A DNA stretch of 64,000 nt from an uncultured cyanobacterium (GTDB taxonomy: Bacteria; Cyanobacteriota; Cyanobacteriia; PCC-9006; JAAUQQ01): NCBI GenBank assembly GCA_963718615.1, contig OY970368.1, positions 3,712,001-3,776,000 on the forward strand. The letters run 5' to 3'. The position numbers and the translations under genes were made by a program. The notes below the pieces were generated by a model. It saw only the letters and a program-made list of their open reading frames with translations, did not search any database and had not been told where the DNA came from. Positions within the stretch are counted from its first letter, which is position 1; every line of letters starts with the position of its first letter. Positions 11,012 through 21,075 of the stretch are shown piece after piece.

Positions 11012-11959
11012 TTAGGCCGCAGCCTTGGTGGCACGCAGATAATTGTAGGCAATGCGCAGACCGAAGCTAGGACCATTGCCGAGTCCGAGGAATCGCTGAA
11101 GATAGGCCTTAGCTTCCGGGACTTGGAATACCGGCTGAAGACCGTCGCGACCCACCAACTGTCCAAAGGCATGGGCAAAGAGACGATCGCAAAATCGCTG
11201 GGCCTGGGGAAACTGCCGTCGCAAATGGTACGCCGTTTTCATATCCGTTTCCGCATGGAGCCACTGCACATCGGTGCGACGCTCGTAGAGATTTTTGCCA
11301 TGCATTCGGTGGACCGCTAGCCGTTCCGGCACCAACAAACCTGGGGCCACACAAGCGGACGAAAGCCGCAGAAAATTATCCGAAGCAATGCGAATTTCAG
11401 GGGGAATCTGCTGCACCTGCAACAAGGTTTCTCGTCGGAAGCAAAGCCCCGTCGTAGCAGGCAAATGGGGTAAGCAATCGCCAGTCTTCAACGCCAGCCG
11501 AAAGTCCACCGCCTCAAACTGAGTGACCGTGGAGCGTCCGTCTGGCGGGAGCAGAGATCCAGCCGCATCCACATCGTCAAGTTCATGAAACAGCCAGCCC
11601 GCGCCGGGATGATCCAGGAAGTGAGCCACGATTTTCTCAACCTTATCCGGAGCAAAATAGTCGTCCGCATCCAAAAAACAGAGGATCTCGCCTCGGCTAG
11701 CGGCGATCCCCGCATTAAAGGCCGAAGCCTGCCCTCCATTGTCCTTCAGCACGGGCACCAATCGGCCAGACTCCTCGCGGTTGGCTAGTTCGCCGTAGCG
11801 CAGAATAATTTCGCGAGAGGGATCGGTGGACCCATCATCCACAACGACGACTTCAATCTTGGGATAGGTTTGATTCAGCGCACTCTCGATCGATTCGGGC
11901 AAAAAACGGGCGTAGTTATAGTTATTGATGAGAATACTCACCAAGGGCAACGACGTCAT
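11012..11959 (-). CDS. GT2 glycosyltransferase
   Basis: VSILINNYNY, VVDDGSTD and FLDADD motifs. Confidence 0.9.
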   Translation of the reverse strand: MTSLPLVSILINNYNYARFLPESIESALNQTYPKIEVVVVDDGSTDPSREIILRYGELANREESGRLVPVLKDNGGQASAFNAGIAASRGEILCFLDADDYFAPDKVEKIVAHFLDHPGAGWLFHELDDVDAAGSLLPPDGRSTVTQFEAVDFRLALKTGDCLPHLPATTGLCFRRETLLQVQQIPPEIRIASDNFLRLSSACVAPGLLVPERLAVHRMHGKNLYERRTDVQWLHAETDMKTAYHLRRQFPQAQRFCDRLFAHAFGQLVGRDGLQPVFQVPEAKAYLQRFLGLGNGPSFGLRIAYNYLRATKAAA

Positions 11960-12123
11960 GAATGCTTCTTCCTGAGTAACGCGCAGTTGAGGCCGCCTGG
12001 GGAAGGCGATCGCCATATATTCAAACTACCGGCAAAACCCTATAAACCCGGATCGTTTACGGGATTATACAGAGACTTACCAAATTCCTTCATGACTGCT
12101 TTGCAAAAGCCCTCTCCTTACGC

Positions 12124-13617
12124 CTATCCCCTCGTCCAAATCGTAATACCCCCCGGTTTGTCAATCAGGGTAATCCCCTGATCTTGGAGCCCATGGCGAA
12201 TGCGATCGGCCTCCGCATAATTTTTGGCTTGCTTAGCCGTTGCTCGGGCGGCAATCAAGGCTTCAATCTCGTCCTCGCTAGGACCGGAGGCGATCGCCGC
12301 TTCCCCAACGGCAACCGCTTCTAACCCCAAAACCCGAGCCAACGCCACCAACGTTTGCCACTGCTGCCGCAAATCGGTTGTCTTAACATCTACTGTGTCC
12401 CCATGGACTAAAATATTCCCAACCCGCCGCAAGTTCTTCGCCAATTCGTAGAGCACCGCAAGCGCTCCGGGCGTATTCAGATCATCATCCAGAGCAGCAT
12501 TAAAGCGATCGCACACCCCCCGTTCCAAACCACCCATCACCCCATCACCCATCACCCCATCACCCATCACCCTATCACCCCATCCCAGTTGTCCCCCAAA
12601 CTGATCCCCAAAGAATAACCCCTCTTTCAACGTCGCCCAACCGTTGCTGGCGGAGGCGATCGCCTCCTCGGTAAAATCAATGGGTTTACGATACTGCCCC
12701 TGCAACACAAACAGCCGCAACACCATCGGGTCAATGCCGCCCTCATCGAGCATTTGACGAATCGTCGTAAAGTTGCCCAGGGATTTAGACATTTTTTCAC
12801 CGCCCACGTTGACCATACCGTTGTGGAGCCAGTAGTGGGCTAAGGGATGACCAGTGGCGGCTTCCGATTGGGCGATTTCGTTTTCGTGGTGGGGAAACTG
12901 TAGGTCTGCGCCGCCCATGTGGATGTCGATGGTGTCCCCGAGGCGATCGCGCACCATAGCCGAACATTCAATATGCCAACCGGGACGACCCTGGCCCCAA
13001 TCCGATTCCCAGAACGGCTCATCAGGCTTAGCGGCTTTCCACAGGGCAAAATCAAAGGGATCCCTTTTCTTCGTCGTCTCGGTTTCGCCAGAGGACGGGG
13101 CCTCCACCCGACCGCTGCGTCCGGCTTCCATCTCGTCGAGCTTGCGGCCCGAGAGTTTGCCATAGCCCTCAAAGTCACGCACGCTGAAGTACACATCGCC
13201 CTCCGAGGCATAGGCCATGCCTTTTTGTTCGAGCTCGTGGATCAGCCGCTTGATACCGTCGAGGGTGTGGGTGGCGCGGGGATATTCGTCGGCCTCCAAG
13301 ATATTGAGTCGGGCCATGTCCTCAAAGTAGGCAGCAATATATTTTTCGGAAACCGCGTCCATGGAGGAATTTTCCTGGCGGGCGCGCTTGAGGATTTTGT
13401 CGTCAATGTCGGTAAAGTTCTGCACATAGCGAACGGCGTAGCCGCGCCACAGCAGGTAGCGTCGCAGCGTATCCCAGGCAATGTAGGAGCGGGCATGGCC
13501 GAGGTGGCAGTAGTCATAGACCGTGACGCCGCAGCAGTACATCTTGACCTGACCGGGCTGGAGAGGCATGAAGTCTTCTTTTTGGCGGGTCAGGGTGTTG
13601 TAGAGCTGGAGGGCCAT
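12124..13617 (-). CDS. cysS: Cysteinyl-tRNA synthetase
   Basis: HLGH, GRPGWHIECS, FPHHENE and KMSKS motifs. Confidence 0.97.
   Translation of the reverse strand: MALQLYNTLTRQKEDFMPLQPGQVKMYCCGVTVYDYCHLGHARSYIAWDTLRRYLLWRGYAVRYVQNFTDIDDKILKRARQENSSMDAVSEKYIAAYFEDMARLNILEADEYPRATHTLDGIKRLIHELEQKGMAYASEGDVYFSVRDFEGYGKLSGRKLDEMEAGRSGRVEAPSSGETETTKKRDPFDFALWKAAKPDEPFWESDWGQGRPGWHIECSAMVRDRLGDTIDIHMGGADLQFPHHENEIAQSEAATGHPLAHYWLHNGMVNVGGEKMSKSLGNFTTIRQMLDEGGIDPMVLRLFVLQGQYRKPIDFTEEAIASASNGWATLKEGLFFGDQFGGQLGWGDRVMGDGVMGDGVMGGLERGVCDRFNAALDDDLNTPGALAVLYELAKNLRRVGNILVHGDTVDVKTTDLRQQWQTLVALARVLGLEAVAVGEAAIASGPSEDEIEALIAARATAKQAKNYAEADRIRHGLQDQGITLIDKPGGITIWTRG
12531..12586. repeat. STRR-like CCCATCA/CCCCATCA tandem repeat, in-frame within cysS
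   Basis: Encodes GDRVMGDGVMGDGVMGG. Confidence 0.8.
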
Positions 13618-13721
13618 TGCGCAGGAGTGGATAACGACGGTTGAACGTCATTTATTGTAGGACAGCCCCACCCTTCCCTTTTCAAGGGTCCAAACCATTC
13701 ATAGATTTAACTTATATTTCT

Positions 13722-13735
13722 GTATTAAAAAATAC
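13722..13735 (+). promoter_or_regulatory. NtcA-type box upstream of the HPP gene
   Basis: GTA-TTAAAAAA-TAC matches GTA-N8-TAC exactly. Confidence 0.65.
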
Positions 13736-13841
13736 GATTTAGTTTGACTTGTCGATTACGTCAAGATATCCTGACCTCAGTTCGAACCTCAATCGCAGCC
13801 ATTTTGCCCTAACGCATTTACTCTGGCATGTAGGTATTGCA

Positions 13842-14456
13842 ATGCAGCGTTCCAACCCACTTTTGCATCAGTTGCGGCTTGCTCATCGACGTTCTAGACG
13901 GCGATGGGTCAGACTCAGGCGCATCGGACTCAGGCGCATCAGCACAGCGCAATGGCGACGAATGCTAGAGGGAAAGGCTAACGAGTACCAGCCTCAGTTC
14001 TCCCTTCAGCACATTCTGTTGTCTTGGCTGGGCGCTTTTATGGGTATTGCTACCCTCGCGTATTTAACGGCCCAAACCCCCTATCCTTTCATTGCTGCTC
14101 CCTTTGGTGCAACTGCGGTCTTAGTTTTTGGTGTTCCCGATAGTCCCTTAGCCCAGCCCCGCAATGTCATCGGTGGCAATTTGATTGCGGCCTTGATCTG
14201 TGTACTTTGTGTGGCGTTATTGGGCACTGCCCCTTGGGTGATGGCGATCGCTGTCGCCACGACGATCAAACTCACCCAAATCCTCCGCGTCGTCCATCCT
14301 CCCGCCGGAGCCGTAGCGCTGTTAGGCGTTTTGAGTCATGCCACCTGGCAATACATTTTTACACCTGTATTAGCCGGATCCGTCATGATTGTTCTCTGCA
14401 CCGTTGTGTTTAGCAGCGCCGCTCCTGGTAGGGCTTATCCTAAACATTGGCTTTGA
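13842..14456 (+). CDS. HPP family membrane protein (NitM-like, possible nitrite transporter)
   Basis: APFGATAVLVFG, SPLAQPRN and HPPAGA motifs. Confidence 0.88.
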   Translation: MQRSNPLLHQLRLAHRRSRRRWVRLRRIGLRRISTAQWRRMLEGKANEYQPQFSLQHILLSWLGAFMGIATLAYLTAQTPYPFIAAPFGATAVLVFGVPDSPLAQPRNVIGGNLIAALICVLCVALLGTAPWVMAIAVATTIKLTQILRVVHPPAGAVALLGVLSHATWQYIFTPVLAGSVMIVLCTVVFSSAAPGRAYPKHWL

Positions 14457-15183
14457 ACCTGAAGAGCAATTGACGATGAACCTGTGGCAATCCACCGCAA
14501 TCATACTTTTGGGTTGCGGCACAAGTCAGACTCTAGTTGCCTGCACAGCAACGCGTTTGAGCGTTTAGCTCTAACTTGAAAACGTCGATTCCGTTCCCTT
14601 AAAAAAGGTTGAGGTCCTGGAAAGAAGAAGCATGCTAGAATACCATTGTGTCAGGTTAAGAGTCAGCAATAATACTCAAGGTTAAGCAATCAGTCAAGCA
14701 ATCAGCCAAGCAATTCTAAATTGTAAGGTTTATGGACTATTCTAGGTATCGCCATCCGTCATCTTGACTCAATTAGTAAAATGAAGCTTCAAAATGAAGT
14801 TTCCATGAATAAAAGGTTCTGTGTTCACCAATCGCTTCGTGGAAGCTCTATTCTGCTAGGAAGCCTCATTCCAGTATTCTGGAGTTAAATGAGCAACATC
14901 TAATAGACAGCAGCCCTATTCTTTGTATATTTCTAATCAGAGGCAGTTGTGTGATCAATCAGGCACTAGAGCTTCGAGCGTTAGAGCTTTGACTCTAGGC
15001 CCTCAATGGAAAGCTTCGAATAGATTGTACACCTTGGCGTGGAAGCCATAAAAAAACAGTCCGAGGATTGTTTTCGATCATTTGATTAAGACAAAATCAT
15101 CCGATGGCACAGCGCTAAAAGATTTGGTTTTAATCAAAATTTTCCTTCAGATCCTACTTATCTTTTTTGCAATAGAAGTAGTT

Positions 15184-16305
15184 ATGAACTCAGCAAAGAC
15201 ACTAAAGTTTCTTGAAGATTTTATTCGCTATATCGCAGCAGTTGTCGCCATTTCTCTAAAGCCTTTTCCAGGTCTTTATCGATTTTTTCCTAGTAAAAAG
15301 ATGCAATCTTTTTTAAAATCTTGGGATATGACAATGCTCGTAACCTATGTTGGATCGCTGGGTAAAAGAGCATATATTGACCAGCGTGGAACACTTCCAG
15401 TTCCTACCCATTATAAGCCTTTAGTGGAAACAGATGAAAAGTATCGTCTGAGTGAAGACCAGATTCGTAGCTTTTATGAAAATGGTTTTCTCGGTCCTTT
15501 CACACTTTGTTCTCCCAAAGAAATGGCTGGGCTACGTGAGGAAGTCCATCGCCAAATTACGACTGTCTCTGATCTCTATGGCCATGTTTGCGGACGAGAT
15601 CGACATCTAGACTGTAAGGCTGTACAGGATCTCATTATGCGCCCTAAGATCGCTGAAAGCCTTGCTCAATTATTGGGTGCAGATCTTTGCATTTGGCGAT
15701 CGCAAGTTGTTTGTAAAGAGCCAGGAGCTCCAGAGGTCACTTGGCATCAAGCAAACACATACTTGATGGAAGAAATTTATAAGCCGACGCTTTTTCCTCC
15801 AAGTTGTAATGAGCTTTTTCAGCTAACGACTTGGATCGCTTTTGATGATACAGATCTTGAAAATGGTTGTCTTCAATTTATACCTGGAACTCATTACAAG
15901 ATCAATACGATGAGTTTGGGTGGCAAAGATTCTCAGGGTTTTGTCAATGCGAAGATCAAGCTAGATGTTGAAATCGATCCAAAGACGGTTTTTAGCGCAG
16001 AAATGAAAGCAGGTCAGTTTATAATTTTTTCTGAACGTGTGATTCATGGTTCTCCTCCTAACATTTCCGATCGCCGCCGCTGGGGAATGACCTTTCGAAC
16101 GATCAAGCCAGAAGTAAAGGTTTATGACGATGAACTGATCCACACTGTGGCCTATTTAGAAAAAGGCTATGACCTATCCAAGTGGGGAGGGCTGATGATT
16201 CGGGGCCAAGATAGGATTGGCGTTAATCGCCTCTATCAAACACCTGCAACGGATAAAGCATCAGAACCGTCGCGGGATGTGGAAAATTCAGTTCTCTGGA
16301 CTTAG
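15184..16305 (+). CDS. Non-heme Fe(II)/2-oxoglutarate enzyme, SyrB2-like chlorinating-enzyme/PhyH fold with HxA motif
   Basis: FYENGFLGPF, GRDRHL, WHQA, WIAF..ENGCLQFIPGTH and HGS..N...R.....R motifs. Confidence 0.8.
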   Translation: MNSAKTLKFLEDFIRYIAAVVAISLKPFPGLYRFFPSKKMQSFLKSWDMTMLVTYVGSLGKRAYIDQRGTLPVPTHYKPLVETDEKYRLSEDQIRSFYENGFLGPFTLCSPKEMAGLREEVHRQITTVSDLYGHVCGRDRHLDCKAVQDLIMRPKIAESLAQLLGADLCIWRSQVVCKEPGAPEVTWHQANTYLMEEIYKPTLFPPSCNELFQLTTWIAFDDTDLENGCLQFIPGTHYKINTMSLGGKDSQGFVNAKIKLDVEIDPKTVFSAEMKAGQFIIFSERVIHGSPPNISDRRRWGMTFRTIKPEVKVYDDELIHTVAYLEKGYDLSKWGGLMIRGQDRIGVNRLYQTPATDKASEPSRDVENSVLWT

Positions 16306-16351
16306 GAACGAGAATTAAATGAGGCCATTAGCGATCGCGTCGTCAAACAGC

Positions 16352-16380
16352 AAAGGGGAAGATTGACTTCCCCTTTTTCT
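16352..16380. terminator. Bidirectional terminator between the halogenase-like gene and hemL
   Basis: AAAGGGGAAG/CTTCCCCTTT stem with T tail. Confidence 0.7.
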
Positions 16381-16448
16381 ATCATTAGCCCGCTGTCATG
16401 AATTTGAAGAAAGGGCAGATTGTACTACAACTGTTGCGACAACTGGCT

Positions 16449-17747
16449 CTATAACCCCGACAACACCTCACGAGCAGCGGCGATCGTCTTGTCAATATCG
16501 GCCTCCGTATGGGCGATCGACGTAAAGCCCGCCTCAAACTGCGAAGGTGCAAGGTAAATCCCCCGCTCTAACATGCCCCGGTGGAAACGGCTGAACTTTT
16601 GCAGATCGGCCTGCTTCGCATCTTCGTAGCTGTGGACCGGACCTGCGGTAAAGAACATTCCGAACATGCCGCTCACATGGCCGCCACAGACCGCATGGCC
16701 GGTTTCCCGTGCGGCAGTCAGTAGGCCATTGATTAGACGAGCGGTGATTTGGTCTAAGTATTCGTAGGTACCGGGCTTGCGCAGCAGCTCTAGGGTTTTG
16801 ATCCCGGCGGTCATGGCCAGCGGATTGCCTGAAAGCGTCCCGGCTTGGTACATCGGACCGGCTGGGGCGACCATCGCCATGATTTCTTTCTTGCCGCCGT
16901 AGGCTCCAACAGGCAGGCCGCCGCCGATGATTTTGCCTAGGGTCGTGAGGTCTGGGGTGACGCCAAATTTTTCTTGGACACCGCCGTAGGCAATGCGGAA
17001 GCCGGTCATGACTTCGTCAAACACGAGCAGTGCACCGTGCTCCTGGGTCAGTTCCCGCAATCCTTCGAGAAAGCCCGCATCGGGAACGATAAAGCCCGCA
17101 TTGCCGACGATCGCCTCTAGAATCACCCCTGAAATTTCGCCAGGATTTTCTTCAAACAGTTTTTTAACGGCTTCAAGATCGTTGTAGGGGGCCGTCAGGG
17201 TATTGGCTGTAGTGCTCTTGGGAACGCCGGGAGAGTCGGGTAAGCCCAGGGTTGCAACACCAGAACCGGCTTTGACCAGGAACATATCCGCGTGGCCGTG
17301 ATAGCAGCCTTCGAACTTGATCACCTTTTCTCGGTTGGTGTAGGCCCGCATCAGCCGCAGAACGGCCATGCAGGCTTCGGTGCCGGAATTGACAAAGCGA
17401 ACCATTTCGATGCAGGGCACCGCGTCGATCACCATTTCGGCCAGGACATTTTCTAGGGCGCAGGGTGCGCCAAAGCTGGTGCCTTTTTCAGCGGTTTCTT
17501 GGATGGCTTTGATCACATCCGGGTGGGCATGGCCGCAAATTGCGGGACCCCAGGTGCCGACATAGTCGATGTACTGGTTGTCGTCTACGTCCCAAGCATA
17601 GGCACCCTTGACCCGGTCAAAGACAATGGGCTGACCGCCGACGGATTTGAACGCCCGCACCGGGGAGCTAACGCCACCGGGCATGAGGGTTTGGGCGGCA
17701 GCAAAGATTTCTTCTGAACGGCTTGTGTTTAAAGGCGTAGTAACCAA
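16449..17747 (-). CDS. hemL: Glutamate-1-semialdehyde 2,1-aminomutase
   Basis: [21 protein letters not shown] and [11 protein letters not shown] motifs. Confidence 0.97.
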   Translation of the reverse strand: MVTTPLNTSRSEEIFAAAQTLMPGGVSSPVRAFKSVGGQPIVFDRVKGAYAWDVDDNQYIDYVGTWGPAICGHAHPDVIKAIQETAEKGTSFGAPCALENVLAEMVIDAVPCIEMVRFVNSGTEACMAVLRLMRAYTNREKVIKFEGCYHGHADMFLVKAGSGVATLGLPDSPGVPKSTTANTLTAPYNDLEAVKKLFEENPGEISGVILEAIVGNAGFIVPDAGFLEGLRELTQEHGALLVFDEVMTGFRIAYGGVQEKFGVTPDLTTLGKIIGGGLPVGAYGGKKEIMAMVAPAGPMYQAGTLSGNPLAMTAGIKTLELLRKPGTYEYLDQITARLINGLLTAARETGHAVCGGHVSGMFGMFFTAGPVHSYEDAKQADLQKFSRFHRGMLERGIYLAPSQFEAGFTSIAHTEADIDKTIAAAREVLSGL

Positions 17748-17863
17748 CGCAATCTCCTCTAATCCGGTTTTGTTCTTGCGATTTCTTTCATTATCCTAGG
17801 GGGGGAGTGATTCTTGCGTTAACACTCCGCAACGTAAACAATTTGCAACGGGTTGCGCTTGAT

Positions 17864-18541
17864 ATGCCGTCTTCTGCTACTGATTTTGCGTCCGCCGACT
17901 CTTCAGATACTGGCCTGAGGCTGGCGGTGCCTGTGGAGAACATTCGCTATAACGAGCAGGGATTGGTGCCTGCGATCGCCCAGGATCACCTCGACGGCAC
18001 TGTCCTGATGATGGCCTGGATGAATGCAGAATCGCTGCAAAAAACCCTAGAAACTGGCGAAGCCCATTACTGGAGTCGCTCCCGCCAAGAACTCTGGCAT
18101 AAGGGTGCAACTTCAGGGCATTTTCAGCAGGTGTTGGGGATTCGCTACGACTGTGATAGCGATGCGCTGCTGCTGACAATTGACCAGAAGGGCAACATTG
18201 CTTGCCATACCGGCGAGCGCAGTTGCTTTCACCAGGTGGAGGGCTCTATCCAAGCGCCGCCGGGGGATATGCTCAGCCAGGTGTTTGCGGTGATCAAAGA
18301 CCGACGGGACAATCCGAATCCGGAATCCTATACCTGCAAGCTTTTGGCCGGGGGAGATAACAAAATTCTCAAGAAAATTGGTGAGGAAGCGGCGGAGGTG
18401 GTGATGGCCTGTAAGGATGATCGGCCAGATGAGATTGCGGGGGAGGTGGCGGATTTGTTTTATCACGCTTTGGTGGCGATCGCCCATCACCAGGTCGATC
18501 TGCGCGATGTCTACGCCAAACTCGCCTCCCGCCGCCGCTAA
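17864..18541 (+). CDS. hisIE: Bifunctional PR-AMP cyclohydrolase/PR-ATP diphosphatase
   Basis: KGATSG, DCDSD, ACHTG and KKIGEEAAE motifs. Confidence 0.95.
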   Translation: MPSSATDFASADSSDTGLRLAVPVENIRYNEQGLVPAIAQDHLDGTVLMMAWMNAESLQKTLETGEAHYWSRSRQELWHKGATSGHFQQVLGIRYDCDSDALLLTIDQKGNIACHTGERSCFHQVEGSIQAPPGDMLSQVFAVIKDRRDNPNPESYTCKLLAGGDNKILKKIGEEAAEVVMACKDDRPDEIAGEVADLFYHALVAIAHHQVDLRDVYAKLASRRR

Positions 18542-18552
18542 CCGCAAACGCA

Positions 18553-18616
18553 AAACACCGGGTGTCTCGCAAGAATTTCAGGATTGACCCTAATCTGCGT
18601 CAGACACCCGGTGTTT
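18553..18616. repeat. REP/REPIN-like 15-bp perfect inverted repeat pair
   Basis: AAACACCGGGTGTCT ... AGACACCCGGTGTTT between convergent genes. Confidence 0.75.
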
Positions 18617-18626
18617 GAAGATTTAC

Positions 18627-19139
18627 CTATTGGGTAAGCCCACCCACAAGGTCCGTCAAACCGCCCAGGGAAGACAGCAGCGCATCTTTATCCGGCGAGG
18701 CAGCGTTTAGACCGGTCCCCACTTCAGTGATTTTCTCCTGAATACCCCCCACTGCATCCGCAGGAACCACGCTTTTGAGGTTGTTCCAGGAGGACTCAAC
18801 GGTGGCGAAGGAGGTCTTGGCTGCTGCAAAATCGCCCGTTTTGACGGCATCCACGGTGGAGGTAATGGCTCCAGTCATTCCCATGACGCCATCCTTCAGC
18901 GCCATGACGCCCCCCACAGCGCCGCCCGCTGCATCTTTCACGGCATCGCCCGTGGCACTAGCCGCCTTTGTCGCTGCATCGGTAGCGCTGCTTGCGGCAT
19001 TACCAGCTGCATCGATTGCTCCCGTAGCGCCATTCTGAACCGTACCCGCAGCTTGATCGACTGCATCCTTAGCGCCGCAAGCGCTGAGGGCGAGGGAGGC
19101 AGCCAGACTGAGGGTAAAGATTGAGGTTAAGCGTTTCAT
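18627..19139 (-). CDS. Ala-rich putative lipoprotein
   Basis: Signal peptide with LSAC lipobox. Confidence 0.75.
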   Translation of the reverse strand: MKRLTSIFTLSLAASLALSACGAKDAVDQAAGTVQNGATGAIDAAGNAASSATDAATKAASATGDAVKDAAGGAVGGVMALKDGVMGMTGAITSTVDAVKTGDFAAAKTSFATVESSWNNLKSVVPADAVGGIQEKITEVGTGLNAASPDKDALLSSLGGLTDLVGGLTQ

Positions 19140-19364
19140 GGTCAATTCTCCTCTTGAGATAAAGTCTGTTGTGATTCAGCGAACGTTTCAGCAAATATTT
19201 CAGTGAATGCTCAACAGAGCAGCGCGGAACTCCGGCCACACCACATCAAACGTCACAAGGGAGGCAGAAACGAGATTATTTAGATTTTTTTAATTGTTCA
19301 AAGTTTTGTGAATGCATTACCTGTTTTTGCGCCTTTTCTAGGTTGACAGCCCTAGATTGACCGC

Positions 19365-19415
19365 CTGGACTGGCTCACTGGACTGGCTCACTGGACTGGC
19401 TCACTGGACTCGCTC
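19365..19415. repeat. 13-bp tandem repeat (CTGGACTGGCTCA) x3 plus a partial copy, spanning the xth stop
   Basis: Seen directly in the sequence. Confidence 0.85.
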
Positions 19416-20212
19416 GACAACTCCACGATGACCGGCGTGTGGTCACTGGGCTTTTCGAGTTTGCGGGGGGCGGGGTCGATGGTGCAGCTCAGGGCGCGAT
19501 CGCCCAAACTCGGTGACAAATAATGATGGTCAATGCGCCAGCCCATGTTGCGACGGAAGGAGGCCGCCCGATAGTCCCACCAGCTATAGTGGCCCGATTC
19601 CTCCGTAAATTTGCGGAAGGCATCGGTAAATCCTAGGGCCAAGACATTGTCCCGCAGGGCTTCGCGTTCTTCCGGGGAAGACATGATGTGCTTATCAATG
19701 GTTTTGTCGTCGGGGTCTTTGTAAATGTCGCGGTTTTCCAGGGCAATGTTGAAATCGCCACAGACCAAGATGTCGGCTTCGGTTTGGAGTAGGGTTGCTA
19801 GATAGGTGCGCAGGAGCTTGAGCCAGCGAAGTTTGTAGGCGTATTTTTCGCTGGCGATCGCCGACCCGTTGGGCACATACAAATTCACCAGCCGCACGCC
19901 GTTCAAGACGCCACTCAGCACCCGTTTCTGATCGTCTAAATCCGCAACCGTTTCAGCATCAAGAATGCCACCAAACCCGATCGCGACCTGTTCTAGGGGG
20001 GCCTTGCTGAGAATTGCCACACCGTTGTAGGACTTTTGCCCGGAAAACTGACAGTGATACCCCAAGGCTTCTAGGGGCTCTCGCGGAAATAGATCATCGG
20101 TGACTTTGGTTTCCTGGAGACAAAGGGCATCGACGGGATTGTCTTGTAGCCAGCCTTTAACGTGTTCTAGGCGCGATCGCAGGGAGTTGACATTCCAAGT
20201 CGCAATTTTCAC
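19388..20212 (-). CDS. xth: Exodeoxyribonuclease III
   Basis: KIATWNVNS, LQETK, GDFN, WWDYR and SDH motifs. Confidence 0.95.
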   Translation of the reverse strand: MKIATWNVNSLRSRLEHVKGWLQDNPVDALCLQETKVTDDLFPREPLEALGYHCQFSGQKSYNGVAILSKAPLEQVAIGFGGILDAETVADLDDQKRVLSGVLNGVRLVNLYVPNGSAIASEKYAYKLRWLKLLRTYLATLLQTEADILVCGDFNIALENRDIYKDPDDKTIDKHIMSSPEEREALRDNVLALGFTDAFRKFTEESGHYSWWDYRAASFRRNMGWRIDHHYLSPSLGDRALSCTIDPAPRKLEKPSDHTPVIVELSSESSEPVQ

Positions 20213-20282
20213 AGGACAACGCTCACAGCAGCAGGTCTGAGTAGGGTGAGAAATAAATTTGAGAATTCATTTGAGAATTCAA

Positions 20283-20367
20283 CGGAGAGGGTGGGATTCG
20301 AACCCACGGTGACTTTCGCCACACTCGATTTCAAGTCGAGCGCATTCGACCACTCTGCCACCTCTCC
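20283..20367 (-). tRNA. tRNA-Ser(TGA)
   Basis: GGAGAGG acceptor; anticodon arm CTCGA-CTTGAAA-TCGAG; long variable arm; GGTTCGAATCC T-arm; CCA not encoded. Confidence 0.95.
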
Positions 20368-20464
20368 AGGGGGGGTTGGCCATTTTTGACCCTTGTTTAC
20401 TATAGCCGATGGAGTCCGGAATGCCGAGTCCTAAATCCTGAATTCCTGAGTGTAGGGGCTGGTT

Positions 20465-20854
20465 CTAAGAGTAAGACAATCGATCCTCTTCTTCTTCCTG
20501 GCGGCGCTGTTCGGCTTCTTTGACCATGGTGTAGAGCTGAGCAAAGATCGGTAGCTTTTTCTCATCCAAGACATCCATGGCTTTGACCTGGGTTTTGAGC
20601 CAATCGATCAGCGCCTGCCCCTCTAATTTGAGCGCCCGCTGACCGTGGCGTAGTAGGCCAATGCCTTCAAACCAAGCTTCTAGCTCTTCGGTGGAGGCCC
20701 GCATTTCGATAAAGCCTTCAACCCCCATGTTGCTTTCGGGCTGGATGGCGGATTTGAAGCTCACGGCCTCACCATGGCGCATGTGCTCCTGGATGCGGGC
20801 GAGGACGCCTTCGATCGCCGCCGGATCGCCGTCAACGGAAATAGTGAGCTTCAT
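20465..20854 (-). CDS. Hypothetical protein
   Basis: 129-aa ATG ORF with protein-like composition; no recognised motif. Confidence 0.6.
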   Translation of the reverse strand: MKLTISVDGDPAAIEGVLARIQEHMRHGEAVSFKSAIQPESNMGVEGFIEMRASTEELEAWFEGIGLLRHGQRALKLEGQALIDWLKTQVKAMDVLDEKKLPIFAQLYTMVKEAEQRRQEEEEDRLSYS

Positions 20855-21075
20855 AGGAGGAGTGACGCTTGCTGGGCCACCCTTTAGCGTAGCAAACTCT
20901 GGCTCAGCTATTCAGTTTGCCTAGCGTTAGAAAGTAATGTGTTGACTGTCTGAAAGAATAAACTGGTTGCTCAAGCTCTAAAGCTGTGGCGTCTTTCATG
21001 GGAATCAGCATCAGGCACAATTTTCGAATCGTATCCCTAGATTGAATCGTACAATTGACATTTTTTTGATGGGAT

